The notes: generated by a model from the letters alone, not told the origin. A stretch of DNA of 64,000 nucleotides from Candidatus Marinacidobacterales bacterium (GCA_965237685.1 CBDEGF010000004.1:3743496-3807495), one strand, 5' to 3'. Positions 43,150 through 54,169 are shown, counted from the first letter of the stretch. Numbers and translations are program-made.

Positions 43150-43690
43150 AGAAGGCACACCCTCCGATAATAGTCCGAATCTGAACGCCTACGCGGAAAG
43201 ATTCGTTCTCTCCAATACGTCGAGAGTGTCTCGACCGTTTCGTCCCTCTCAGTGAGAGACACCTGCGGACAGCGGTAACCGAATACGTTGTGCACTATCA
43301 CACCGAACGGAACCACCAAGGCATCGGCTACGAGCTCATCACACCTCTGCCTGCAAGCGTGAAGGACGCTGGCCCCGTCGTGTCGCGAGAGCGACTTGGA
43401 GGCATTCTCAACTACTACTACCGTGCGGCATAGATTGTCGTCGGCGACGGTCGCCCCTCGGTGGGCTCGGCCGGCGTAGTGTGGAAACACAGCTTCAGGA
43501 ACGCGCTTTGGATATTCGCTCTCGACCAGGTGGTTGTCTGCATGGTGACGACCCGCCCGCCCAAGACGATTGTAGAACCTACAGCCCTTGGCACGGTCGC
43601 AAACACAAACACTAAACTGCTGATTTATCGTCTATTTCAAATGGGCCGAGTTTTGGCACAGGACGGGATTCACGGCGGCGCATACGATTG
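43150..43690 (+). mobile_element. 3' fragment of the IS481-family element (5'-truncated, degenerate)
   Basis: Begins inside the transposase ([12 protein letters not shown]...) and ends with the right 100-bp terminus at 43690. Frameshifted. Confidence 0.6.
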
Positions 43691-43722
43691 TTTACTCCAG
43701 CCCAGCTGGTGCAACTCATTTA

Positions 43723-44540
43723 TCAGCCATTGGTGCGCCAATTCGGCGGCAGGGCGGCCATTAAATATGTGCAAACCAGACATGCTGACGATCGGGCAAG
43801 CGTTGTTCCGGATTCTGGTCGAATATGACTCAGGTTCCTCTGTTCATCTTTCCAATAGGACCATACGTCGAATTCGTCTTCCGGCCCCAGATCGAACGCG
43901 ACCGAGGACTGTTCGCCAACCGGAAGGGACTTGGTGCGTAAATTCAGGCCAGGGCCACAATTCGTTGCGTCTGGTTCACGGGACGGTGTCAACCGACCCT
44001 CCAGTCTGACCGGCAGAAGCTGGTTCAACCGAAGCCTGTTACGAAATGCGCCAAACCATTTATCGACCATCGTCTTGTAGATGCGCAACGCCGCCGAGTA
44101 AACCGCGATCGTTCGCTCGAGCAGTCGTTCATCACTATAGAGATCCCACACCCAACGGCCACTGTCCGTCAGCAAGTCTGCGGACGGCCACGGGTCGGCA
44201 ATAAGGCGGTCGCCACGGTCGACCAGTGTCGACAAATGACGTTTTACGAGCGTTACTTCATAATTTGAAAACTTGGCCGTTCCAACACTGACACTCATCC
44301 GGCGCCCCATCGGGTCGTCGACGGCACGGTTGATTGCATTGACAACGCTGAGTACCTCACGGAGATTGATTGGCGTCGGATCCAGGCTTCCTGATCGCTT
44401 CACTGCAAGGGCCAGAACCCACGCGAGTTCCCGAACTGCGTCATTTGACTCCAACGCAAACCACTTGGATTTCAAGGACTCGGACAGAGAATCGGCCAGA
44501 TAACCTTTCGTGGTCGACCACGGGGTGGCGGAGAGCTCGA
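43723..44540 (-). CDS. hypothetical protein fragment (N-terminus missing), lower GC
   Basis: About 270 aa of non-repetitive sequence (…NLREVLSVVNAINRAVDDPMGRRMSVSVGTAKFSNYEVTLVKRHLSTLVDRGDRLIADPW…YSAALRIYKTMVDKWFGAFRNRLRLNQLLP…). No match I can name. Its 5' side abuts the truncation point of the receptor fragment. Confidence 0.35.
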
Positions 44541-44559
44541 TGCCGCTCGTGTCGATGCC

Positions 44560-45709
44560 TTCAGGTAGGCGAACGTGTTGTTCCGCCGCGTCTGCCAGCC
44601 CGGCCGGTAGAACTGGTTCAGGTATGGGACGCCGGGCCACTCGCCGACCAGGCGGTCCCACCGCGGGTTGGCCTGGAAGTCGGCATCGCTGTAGAGCCGC
44701 TGGTAGGTGTCCTCGTGGATGCTGTCGTACGAGATGTAGCTGGTGAGATCGAGACGCCCGTGCGACGAGACCAGCTTGGCGGCGACGTGCTCCCGCTCGT
44801 TCCGCGCCGCACCCTGCACCCAGTCGGTCGCCTCCTGGCGGACCGCGGCGATCCAGGCGCGGGTCTCACGGCCGAACAGCGGCCCGGTATCGACCCGCAT
44901 GGAGAACCGCTTGCCGTCGTTCTCGCCGATGGTGGTCGACGCGGTGTAGGTCCGCTCCGCCGCCGGATCGTCCGTGATGAAGTTGAAGGTGCCGCCCAGC
45001 GCTTCGACCGACCGGGAGACGATGTCAGCCGTCCCCTGCGACACCTCGACACCTCCAAGGTTCATCGGGTCGATGAACCGATTCGCCTTAGAGCCGCTCC
45101 AGTAGTCGGACGTGCCGTTCGGGAATCCGTCGATGGTGGTGCCGATCTGCGCTTCGTTGATGGTCACCTGGAAGCCGCGCACGGCGACGTTGCTCGACCA
45201 GTCATCGAAGCCGTACGCGTCCCCCTCCTGGATGGATACTCCGGGGAGGTTGTCCACCATCGACGTGACGCTGGTGATGTTTGACTGCTGCAGCATCATC
45301 GGTTCGGCGACGACGTTGCGCGCAAAGATCTGGGGCTCCTCGGCGATGACGCTGACCGTTTCGAGCAGGCGGGCGATCTGCAGCGTGATCGAGACCGATG
45401 CGGTGGCGCCCGCCTGGACGGAGACCGGGGCTTCCGCCGTTTCGAAGCCCTGCAGCACCGCCGTGACGACATAGTCACCTGCCGCCAGACCGGCGGCGGT
45501 GTAGGCGCCGTCCACGCCGGTGACGTGTTCCTGGCGCACGCCGGGACCCGCCACCGTCACAACGACGCTGGGCAACGGGCTGCCGTTCGCGTCGACGACC
45601 GCGCCTTCAATCGATCCGGTCGTCTGGGCGGCGGCCCGCGCAGCCGGTAACGAGAGCAGCAGGACGGCGACGGCGAGCGGTACAGCGATGGGCGTGTGTC
45701 GCTTCATGG
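44560..45709 (-). pseudogene. TonB-dependent receptor N-terminal fragment (signal peptide, CarboxypepD_reg, plug), truncated at about 44560
   Basis: MKRHTPIAVPLAVAVLLLSLPAARAAAQTTGSIEGAVVDANGSPLPSVVVTVAG...VSVIAEEPQIF...NLPGVS.... After NTFAYLKA the frame decays. Confidence 0.65.
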
Positions 45710-45789
45710 CAACTCTCATAAGACTAGCGTCCCCCTCTCCACCTACTGTCACCGAACGGCGCTTCGAGATTTTACATCTATTACGGGTG

Positions 45790-47000
45790 GATTGCTGCGC
45801 GGTCACGTCGTGTCCAAAAACACAAACGAACTCAAGACCGGCTCGCCGGGACGTTTCGGAATAGACGTATCTACGCTTGATTGGCCAATGGGAGCTAGAA
45901 TCCTCGGTCATGAGCACGCCGATCCAGCCCTTGACATTGTTGGTCATCACCATCGCTGGTTGGATCCAGCGTGACCAACAGGCCGCTATGGTCTACTTGC
46001 TCGAGGAGAACAAAGTCCTCAAAGCTCGGCTTTGCGGGAGGAAGCTTCGTCTCACAGACGACGAGCGACGTCGGCTCGCGGTAAAGGGTAAGGCGCTTGG
46101 CCGGAAACTCTTGGCAGAAGTCGCCGGTATCGTCACACCGGAAACCCTGCTGGCTTGGCACCGAAGGCTGATTGCGCGGAAGTGGGACTACAGCGAGCGG
46201 CGGAAACAGCCCGGACGGCCCCGGGTCATGGCCGAGATTAGCAAGCTTGTCGTAGGGATGGCGAAGTCGAATCCGAGGTGGGGGTATACACGCATTCGCG
46301 GCGCCCTCTCGAATCTCGGCCATACGGTAGCCAGGAGCACCATCGCCAATATTCTGCGAGAACATGGCATCGAGCCCGCGCCGGAGCGAAGTGAGCGAAC
46401 GCCATGGCGCACGTTTCTCGCCGCCCATTGGGAAACCGTTGCTGCGACCGACTTCTTCACCGTCGAGGTCGCCACAGTTCGCAGGCTCGTGACCTACTAT
46501 GTGCTGGTCGTCATCGAGCTGTCTTCGCGAAAAGTGCACATTGCCGGAATAACTCCCGGGCCAGATGGCCCGTTCATGATGCAGGTCGGTCGGAATCTCA
46601 CCGACCCATTCGACGGCTTTCTGCGCGGCAAGCGATTCCTCATCCTGGACCGCGACCAGAAGTTCACCACGGAGTTTCGCGATTTGCTCGAGCACGCCGG
46701 AACGGACGTCATTCGGCTGCCGCACCGTTCGCCGAATCTGAACGCTTATGTCGAAAGGTTTGTTTTGTCGATCAAGAGCGAGTGCTTGGAGCGGATGATC
46801 TTCTTCAGTGAGCAATCGCTGCGCCGTGCCGTCGCTGAGTTCATCCATCATTATCACGGAGAGCGCAACCATCAAGGGCTCGGGAACGCGTTGCTCGAAG
46901 CGGAAGAATGCGTCGGCAGTCCTCACGGGAAGGTGCGATGTCGTAAGCGATTGGGCGGTTTGCTCAGCTATTACCACCGCGACGCCGCATAGGAGTTCGG
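45790..47000 (+). mobile_element. second IS481-type element, about 65% identical transposase to the multicopy one; right end not identifiable
   Basis: Left terminus at 45790-45870 is shared with 35717, 23875 (inverted), 36525 (inverted) and 60405 (inverted). Transposase 45910..46992. Confidence 0.6.
45910..46992 (+). CDS. IS481-family transposase (HTH + rve)
   Basis: MSTPIQPLTLLVITIAGWIQRDQQAAMVYLLEENKVLKARL...NPRWGYTRIRGAL...LILDRDQKFT...SPNLNAYVERF...ERNHQGLGN. The ORF also offers a TTG at 45877. Confidence 0.75.
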   Translation: MSTPIQPLTLLVITIAGWIQRDQQAAMVYLLEENKVLKARLCGRKLRLTDDERRRLAVKGKALGRKLLAEVAGIVTPETLLAWHRRLIARKWDYSERRKQPGRPRVMAEISKLVVGMAKSNPRWGYTRIRGALSNLGHTVARSTIANILREHGIEPAPERSERTPWRTFLAAHWETVAATDFFTVEVATVRRLVTYYVLVVIELSSRKVHIAGITPGPDGPFMMQVGRNLTDPFDGFLRGKRFLILDRDQKFTTEFRDLLEHAGTDVIRLPHRSPNLNAYVERFVLSIKSECLERMIFFSEQSLRRAVAEFIHHYHGERNHQGLGNALLEAEECVGSPHGKVRCRKRLGGLLSYYHRDAA

Positions 47001-47462
47001 GCGCGCCAGTTGGACGGAACGGCTGGTCTGCAGGAGAGGTCTGCTCGGGGTCGCCTATCGCAGAGCCAGTACCGCGTCGGCTGGTCTCCGCGAGTTTTGA
47101 GAACGCCTCTAGGATTCGACCTTGCCGCTCCGTTCGCGTTTTCGGACAGGACGCCCAAACCTCCGGATTTGCCGGTCGCAGCCTGGATCAACCCGCCGCC
47201 AAACAACGAGACGCTCGAGATTGGCTCAGGAGCGACGTTGGAGTCATCGGACGACCTGGAGGTACCCTCGGGTTGCGTCACTTACAGGGATCCTTCCGGA
47301 CCCCATCTCGACTCCTCCGCGACCGACGCCCGGCTCGCGCGGTGCAGAACTGAGCAGCAAATCCGACTGGAGCCTGATCCGGCGCTCGATTCGGATGGCG
47401 CCCTCATGCGCCCCGAAACACGAGCGGGAGCTCACTAAATGCAGAGACTTTGTGTCTCAAAA

Positions 47463-48165
47463 TCATTGACACATTCCGCAACGCCGCCCTCGGGTCGAAG
47501 CTATGTAGCGATTGCGCTTGCCTCCGATCGTGATCCGTCGACCGCATCGCACTATCAAGAGGAGATAAAGCGTGGGGATGAGGAGCATGTAAAGAGCGTT
47601 ATCGGGACGGACGAAAAACGCTCCGTAAGCACTGAACGCGCGCAAGAGAGCCCGTTTCATCGTAGGTGCCCGCGCTACAAGCGCGAGCGCACACAGCAAC
47701 ACGCTGTTGGCGGCGAAAGAGAGCATCGGATCCATCCCCGAGCTCGCGTGGTAGAGAAACGCTTCATTGAAAACGAGTATCGGAACCACGAGCACGCCGA
47801 CCACTAGCGGGCTTCTCAGTAGCTCGCTCTTGGCGTGGAGTGCGCCCGCGACCGCCACTAGAACCAGTGTAAGTCCGCCGAAGACGGCGGACTTACACGT
47901 GAGAAGCGTCCCTCCGGCGGCTATCTGGAAAGAGGGCGCGTGCCCCAGCCACCAAGAAAGCATGGGCAATGCTGGTGCACCCGTACGTTCGTGGTCCGTC
48001 GGGGTTCCAAGCGAACCCATTTCCGGCCAGAATATTGTCGGCGTAGCGCAGAAACATATAGGCATCGTCGACCCTGGTGCTCTCGGCCGCGAGCATCCGA
48101 TACGCGTAAAACCCGACCATCCCCACCATCAGCAGCGGAATGACGAGCGTGGGCGTGCACCTCAT
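47463..48165 (-). pseudogene. N-terminal about 230 aa of a polytopic membrane glycosyltransferase-like (GT-C/ArnT-like) protein, frameshifted and C-terminally truncated
   Basis: ORF 47893..48165 (DDAYMFLRYADNILAGNGFAWNPDGPRTYGCTS) and ORF 47463..48065 (about four TM helices) are in different frames. Far shorter than GT-C enzymes. Confidence 0.4.
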
Positions 48166-48346
48166 CGTCGTCCGACCGGGATTCGCTCCGAGGTGGGCAC
48201 CGCTTCTGCAAGCAGGGACGAATCCATATGTTTCAAAAGGACTTGCTATACCACTCGCGCACCCTGGGGGTGGAGCCGCTGGATTGGCCGTTTGCAGCGT
48301 AAACGTTATAAAGTGCAGCTTCCGTCGAAGCGTAAGGAGGTTTTCC

Positions 48347-49003
48347 CTGAGCCCGAGTGTTGCGGTCGCTATTCTCTGCTACAACGAAGCAACCACCATC
48401 GCCAAAATCGTACGTGACTTCCGCCGGGTCCTTCCCCAAGGGGAGATTTGCGTTTTCGACAACGCTTCCACAGACGAAACGGCCGAACGAGCCCGAGAGG
48501 CCGGTGCTCGAGTTGTCGCGGAACCGAGACGCGGCAAAGGCTTCGTCGTGCAACGGGTCTTCGAGATCGTGGATGCTGACATCTGTGTCCTCGTCGACGG
48601 CGACGACACCTATCTCGCCGAGGATCTCGACACGCTGCTCGCGCCCATTCTTGCGGGCGAAGCCGACATGGTCGTGGGAAACCGTCTTGCAAACGCTTCA
48701 GCCGAAGCACTCACCGGGTTCCGGCGTTTCGGCAACCGGTTCTTCATCGGATTGGTGAATCTCTTGACGCGAACAACGCTCCATGACGTGCTCTGCGGCT
48801 ACCGGGCCATGAATCGCCTATTCCGCAAGGCGGTGCAGCTGCAGAGTAGCGGCTTCGAGATCGAGCTGACGTTACGCGCGGTGCGGGAAGGTATGGCGAT
48901 CCGGGAAGTTCCGATCGGCTACCGCGAGCGTCCCACAGGCAGCTACTCGAAGCTGAGCCCGGTGAAAGACGGCTTGCGTATACTGTGGGTGATCACAGCG
49001 TAG
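48347..49003 (+). CDS. family-2 glycosyltransferase (dolichyl-phosphate/polyprenyl-phosphate sugar transferase-like)
   Basis: VAVAILCYNEATTIAKIV...VFDNASTDET...VLVDGDDTY...VVGNR. A start is missing: the only in-frame candidate 7 nt after RBS aaggagg (48334-48340) is CTG at 48347, so the true start is uncertain. Confidence 0.65.
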   Translation: MSPSVAVAILCYNEATTIAKIVRDFRRVLPQGEICVFDNASTDETAERAREAGARVVAEPRRGKGFVVQRVFEIVDADICVLVDGDDTYLAEDLDTLLAPILAGEADMVVGNRLANASAEALTGFRRFGNRFFIGLVNLLTRTTLHDVLCGYRAMNRLFRKAVQLQSSGFEIELTLRAVREGMAIREVPIGYRERPTGSYSKLSPVKDGLRILWVITA

Positions 49004-49131
49004 CTCATTGGACTCCAAGAGCGTCCCCGGGAGTCGGCACGGAGCAACAACGCTCGCATCGACTAGCGCTCATCGCTTCCTTTCGTCGCCGAAGACGATC
49101 GGGATGCACCTTCGACTAGAATGAGCTAGGC

Positions 49132-51348
49132 GTGTCGACGGGACGATTTAACAACGTGAGCGCAGCTTCTATCTGGGAGCACCTCGCGTTTTTTCTGGGC
49201 TATCTCACTATTGCAGTGGTGCTCCTCGCACCCATGAGCTTGTCCCCGGCGAACCGCCTCGCCGACGACGGGGACTCGTTACAAGGCCTGTGGATTATCT
49301 GGTGGGGATCGAGCCACCTTTTTCCCGAGCTGGGACAACTCTTCGACGCCAACTCCTACTACCCTCACCCGCTCGGACTAGCCTATTCCGAACCGATGCT
49401 CACCGAGGCGATCCTCGTTTGGCCGCTGTTCGAGGCGATCTCGAATCGGGTGCTCGCCATCAACGTCCTGACTTTCCTGAGCCTCGCGTCGGCTGCGTTC
49501 GCATGTCACTTGCTCGTTCGAGAGCTGACCGAAAGCCGTATGGCCGCGTTTGTGGCCGCTCTGTTCTACGCGTTCAACTCCTACGTGCTCTCCCACCTCG
49601 CGCAGCTTCAGCTCGTCTCGGTTCAATGGATCCCGTTGGCGCTATTCTTCCTTCATCGCTCGTGCACCCGGAGCCAGGCGCGCTACGCGCTCGCGTTCGC
49701 GGCGACGATCACCCTCCTCGGTTTGTCGAGCTTCTACTACCTCGCTTTTTTCTCTATTGCGCTCGCGATCGTGTTACCAGCGTACTTGTCCTCATGCCGT
49801 GCCTGGCGGCACCTTCGCCAACTCGGCCTCCTGGCCGCGGGCGGGCTCGTGAGCGCCATCATCGTTTTCGTGGTGGCGTCGCGCTACCAAGAGCTCTTCG
49901 AGCGATACGGTTTTACCGGCGAGCCAGCCACTCTCGACCTTTGGGCGTTTTTCGAGCCGCCTCCGGGAAGTCTTCTCTTCGACGACCTCGCCCCGTACCG
50001 TCTCACGTCCTACTTTCTAGGTTATGTCGCGGTCGGGCTCGGCATCTGGGGTGTCTTTAGTCTGATACGCGACCGCAAGACGGCGACGAGTGGAGCCCCA
50101 CTCATCGTCTGGCTCGCCTTCGCACTGACCGGAATTCTCGCTTTTTTCCTCGCCGCTGGTCCTCACCTATGGATTCAGGGGCGGTATGTCGGGGTCGGCC
50201 CGTTCGAGCTTCTCCGAATGGCCGCTCCGTTCGAAAGATTGAGAGAGCCGGCACGGATGGCGGTTCTGGTCTACTTGGCGCTCGCAGTGTTCCTCGGACG
50301 AGGCGTCGCCCAACTCTTCGGCCGATTGTCGAGACAGAAGCAAGTCGTCTGCGCTTTGCTCGTCGGCGGACTCGTCGTGGCGGAGCAATGGTCTCCGCGT
50401 CGAACTCAGGGTATGGAGATCCCCACTGGAGACGCGCTACCATCGGCGTACGAGTGGCTCCGTGATTACCCCGAGGCCGGAGCGGTGGCCGAGCTTCCGG
50501 TCCGTCGGTTCCACGAGATTCGAAAAACGTCGCTCGAAGCCTATTTCTCTACGTTCCATGAACGTCCCATCCTGTTCTCGAAGCCGAGCTTCTATCCGCC
50601 GGCGATGGAGCTATTGCAGTGGGAGCTCCGGGATTTCCCCGATGAACGCTCTTTGCACTTGCTGCGGGCGCTCGATGTCCGACTCGCGCTCGTCCATCCC
50701 AAACGCTGGGAAACGAACCGAAGGTTTCGAATGCGCCGCCTCGACCGCTTTGGCGACGCCATGACACTCCTGAGCACGTTCGAAGATCGAAGCGACCCAT
50801 TGTGGGCCCACTACCAGCTCGGGGGCGAACGTCTATATCGGGTAGCATCGGAGGGGGAAGGACGAGACGACCTCGGACTCCCGCGCGAGTGCCACTGCCG
50901 GGAGATCGACCGGAGCACGTTTCGCCTCGAAGCCAATGGCGTGACCTCTCCGGAGCTAGCGATCGACGGAGACCGCCTCACCAAATGGACCACCGGTGAG
51001 GGACAGAGAGAGGGGCATTTTTTCGAGATCGCCTTCGATCGGCCGCAGCGTCCCGTGCGCGTCGAGATCGAGGTGGCGTTCCCCTACGGGGAGTTCGCGC
51101 GCAATCTGGAGATGAACGGCTACCGCGGCCAACGCGGCTACCGGGTAACACAGATCGAGGATCTCCCTTACAAAGCGGCGTTGATGCGACAGCTGGTCGA
51201 GCGACCGACCGAAGCACGGCTTCGCTACGATCTCGAGCCCATGCCGATGGAGCGCTTGCGTCTGTTCATCCACCGGACCGAGAGAGGTACGATTGGCTGG
51301 AGTATTCCCGAGATCCACGTGTACGAGCAGAGGGAAACGGCGCGTTGA
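49132..51348 (+). CDS. large polytopic membrane protein (about 13 TM, YfhO/GT-C-like) with C-terminal discoidin/galactose-binding-like domain
   Basis: 738 aa, GTG start. N-terminal about 420 aa are hydrophobic. The C-terminus (LAIDGDRLTKWTTGEGQREGHFFEIAFDRPQRPVRVEIE) looks like an F5/8 type C fold. Confidence 0.55.
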   Translation: MSTGRFNNVSAASIWEHLAFFLGYLTIAVVLLAPMSLSPANRLADDGDSLQGLWIIWWGSSHLFPELGQLFDANSYYPHPLGLAYSEPMLTEAILVWPLFEAISNRVLAINVLTFLSLASAAFACHLLVRELTESRMAAFVAALFYAFNSYVLSHLAQLQLVSVQWIPLALFFLHRSCTRSQARYALAFAATITLLGLSSFYYLAFFSIALAIVLPAYLSSCRAWRHLRQLGLLAAGGLVSAIIVFVVASRYQELFERYGFTGEPATLDLWAFFEPPPGSLLFDDLAPYRLTSYFLGYVAVGLGIWGVFSLIRDRKTATSGAPLIVWLAFALTGILAFFLAAGPHLWIQGRYVGVGPFELLRMAAPFERLREPARMAVLVYLALAVFLGRGVAQLFGRLSRQKQVVCALLVGGLVVAEQWSPRRTQGMEIPTGDALPSAYEWLRDYPEAGAVAELPVRRFHEIRKTSLEAYFSTFHERPILFSKPSFYPPAMELLQWELRDFPDERSLHLLRALDVRLALVHPKRWETNRRFRMRRLDRFGDAMTLLSTFEDRSDPLWAHYQLGGERLYRVASEGEGRDDLGLPRECHCREIDRSTFRLEANGVTSPELAIDGDRLTKWTTGEGQREGHFFEIAFDRPQRPVRVEIEVAFPYGEFARNLEMNGYRGQRGYRVTQIEDLPYKAALMRQLVERPTEARLRYDLEPMPMERLRLFIHRTERGTIGWSIPEIHVYEQRETAR

Positions 51349-51442
51349 CTACGTTTATCTAATCGTCGCGCCCACGTCTTGGAGAATCGCTTCCGTCCTT
51401 GAGACCATGTCGTCCCAACCGAAGTTAGCGGCACGCGCTCTG

Positions 51443-52626
51443 GCACTATCGCGTCCTGTGCCAAAACTCGGCCCTTTTGAAATAGGCCATAAATCAGCAG
51501 CTTAGTGTCTGTGTTTGCGCCGGGGCCAAGGGCCGTAGGCTTTACAATCGTCTGGCCCGAGGGTGTTATCTTCAGATCCATGATGACGTACCACGTGCAA
51601 TTCCTACTGCTCGTTCTAGCTGGCTGGGTCAACCGCCAGCAGCAGGATGTGATCGACTACCAGCAAGAGGAGAACCGTGTGCTCCGAGCCGGGCTTCGGG
51701 GCAAGCGTCTCAGTCTCTCGGACGACGAGCGGCGCAGGCTCGCGGTCAAGGCCCAGGCTTTGGGCCGCGAGGCGCTGGCCCAGATTGCGTCCGTTGCCAC
51801 ACCCGCTACGCTTCTGCGCTGGTACCGCCACCTCATCGCAGCCAAGTACGATGGCAGCAAGAACCGGAGTCCAGGCCGACCTCCGACGGCGAAGGACATC
51901 CGTGAGCTCATTGTGCGCGTGGCGCGGGAGAACCCGACGTGGGGATATACGCGCCTGCGAGGCGCACTCAAGAACCTAGGACATGAACTCGGACGCAACA
52001 CTATCAAGAGGATCCTCGCCGAGCACGGTATCGCTCCTGCGCCGGAGCGGGGCAGGAGCATGTCGTGGAGCACCTTCATCAAGGCTCATTGGGGCGCCAT
52101 CGCTGCGACAGACCTGTTCACCGTCGAGGTTGTGAACCCGTTCGGGCTCGTCCGCTACCATGTCCTGTTTGTCATCGATATCGCCACTCGCTGCGTGTGC
52201 ATCGGTGGGATAACGTCGGACCCCAACGGGGAGTGGATGAAGCAGGTGGCAAGAAACCTCACTGACATGTGGGATGGTTTCCTCCTTGGCAAGCGATACC
52301 TCATCCACGACCGGGACCCGCTATTCACCGAGGCGGTACGTGGGCTGTTGAGAGATTCAGGCGTGAAGCCCCTTCGCCTTCCCGCTAATAGTCCGAATCT
52401 GAACGCATATGCGGAAAGATTCGTTCTCTCCATACGTCGAGAGTGTCTCGACCGCTTCGTACCTCTCAGTGAGCGACACCTGCGCACAGCGGTAACCGAA
52501 TACGTAGTGCACTATCACACAGAACGGAACCACCAAGGTCTCGGCAACGAGCTCCTCACACCTCTGCCGGCAAGCGCGAATGACGCTGGCCCCATCGTGT
52601 CGCGAGAGCGACTTGGGGGCATTCTC
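51443..52626 (+). mobile_element. IS481-family element, copy 4, 3'-truncated at 52626 where an IS630 remnant begins
   Basis: Transposase 51505..52665. Identical to other copies up to ...GGILNYYC, then diverges (HDEQIRCP*) at the junction. Confidence 0.75.
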
Positions 52627-53480
52627 AACTACTACTGCCACGATGAGCAGATCCGTTGTCCATAATCCAGAATACTCGTCTGGCGTGTCGATAAGGGGTT
52701 CGCTTCATAATCATCTCGACGAGCCGATCGAAGGGTGCAATTCCATTGTTGGGTTCGCATCGGCCAAAGATCTTCATTCGGTGAACATCCACTGCGGCCA
52801 GGTACGCCCAGGCTCCGAGCCTTTCATACTCATGTTCTACTTTCATCGCCGACCCAGGGCGAGTCGGTATGGTCTCATGACGTCGATGGCGTGCTTGAAT
52901 GCTCGTTTTTTCGTCCGCACAGATCACGAATTCGTCTTCTCTGAGGGGCCGTCGCCTCCAACGCCGTTCGTACAAGTCAAGTATGGGCCCGGCTTTCGCG
53001 GCGAAGTTCGGATCCCTAGGGAAGACCCAAGAGCGATGTTGCCAGGGTCGGATGGCGTCCTCACTGAGCCAGCGCCAGATGGTGGTATTGCTGACGGACG
53101 CCACAAGCCCCGATTGACGCACATGGTCGGCGAGTTCGGAAGTGCTCCACCGCGACAGAGGTACTCCCAGTGTTGAGGGTAATTCGCAAGCGATGGCCTT
53201 GACCTCAACGACTACCTCTGGGGGGAAAAACCCGGGGACGCCCCAAGCGTTCCCGATCTTCCAGACCGGAAAGACGTTGGTCGAAGAACCTTTTGCGCCA
53301 CATGCTTACCACCTCACGTCGCGTGTTGAGGCGTTGCGCAATCTCGTCGTTGGCGAGACCCTGGGCGGCCAACAGAATCATTCGTGCACGGAGTACATGA
53401 AAATACGGCAACGTTATATTTCCGTGCCCTCCGCTGGAGCTCCAACTTCTCTTTTGGGCTCAATCGTATTTTATATGGGC
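52627..53480 (-). mobile_element. IS630-family remnant: HTH ORF (53205..53411) and DDE ORF (52625..53122) in different frames, 3'-truncated
   Basis: WVFPRDPNFAAKAGPILDLY...FVICADEKTSIQA...[11 protein letters not shown] is the DDE_3/IS630 pattern. ARMILLAAQGLANDEIAQRLNTRREVVSMWRKRF is the HTH. AT-rich left end, then an IS481-family end fragment at 53583-53637. Confidence 0.65.
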
Positions 53481-53774
53481 TGTGTCGAGGCATACTTGAT
53501 GCTCCGTTTCGCTGAGTATGTAGTCATCGCCTCGATATTGCAAATTAAATATACGTTAGTGTATTTAAGAAACCGCCTACTAAGTTGCTGATTTATGGCC
53601 TATTTCAAAAGGGCGAGTTTTGGCACAGGACGGGGTCAAAGCTAGCAGCTAGCGGGCTGACGCATCGTGCCAACGTGTCTTTGACCCCTCTAGGCAATCA
53701 TAGTAGTATGTTTTCTGCTCGTTCGGGCTTCTGCACCACGCAGCTTGGCGGTTAGTGACCCTCGAATCGAGGTC

Positions 53775-53869
53775 GGAGAGGTGCTGGAGTGGCTGATCAG
53801 GGCTGCCTGCTAAGCAGTTACACGGGTGATGAGCTTGTGTCGAGGGTTCGAATCCCTCCCTCTCCGCCA
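53775..53869 (+). tRNA. tRNA-Ser (anticodon GCT), type II with long variable arm
   Basis: Acceptor GGAGAGG/CCTCTCC. Anticodon arm GCTGC-CTGCTAA-GCAGT with U33 and GCT at 34-36. Long variable arm. T-arm GAGGG-TTCGAAT-CCCTC. Discriminator G plus encoded CCA (53867-53869). Folded by eye. Confidence 0.75.
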
Positions 53870-54160
53870 CCTAGTCTTGCCAATTGTGGCACTGCAGAGA
53901 CGCGTGAGAATTTCCGCGCGGTTGGCGGGGTTTTGCAAGGGTAGGTGGCACCAGAGACGCGCTAGAAGGGGTGAACTGGCCTCATTTTCGGGATTCGTCT
54001 CTAATCTCGATTTTCGAGTGCCAAGTTTGCGCCAAATAGGGGAGCGGGCGCTGACTGGGCCGAATGGTGGCGGAAAAAAGGCCACCTGAGAGGCCCGAAT
54101 CGAGGCCGGGGCTACCGTGGCGTAACTGGCATAGCAAGTTCTGGTCCAGTTGCGGCCTGG
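53860..54160 (+). repeat. about 290-bp direct repeat, copy A, starting at the 3' end of tRNA-Ser; copy B at 59500..59790 (about 90% identical); partial third copy at 30243-30310 (inverted, cut by IS21)
   Basis: CCAATTGTGGCACTGCAGAGACGNGTGAGANTTTCCGCGCNGTTGGCGGGGTTTTGCANGGGTAGGTG...CGAGGCCGGGGNTACCGTGGCGTA...GTTCTGGTCCAG is shared. The tRNA end tctccgccacc| parallels catccgccaccc| at the start of copy B. Confidence 0.65.
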
Positions 54161-54169
54161 GCCTCCTTT

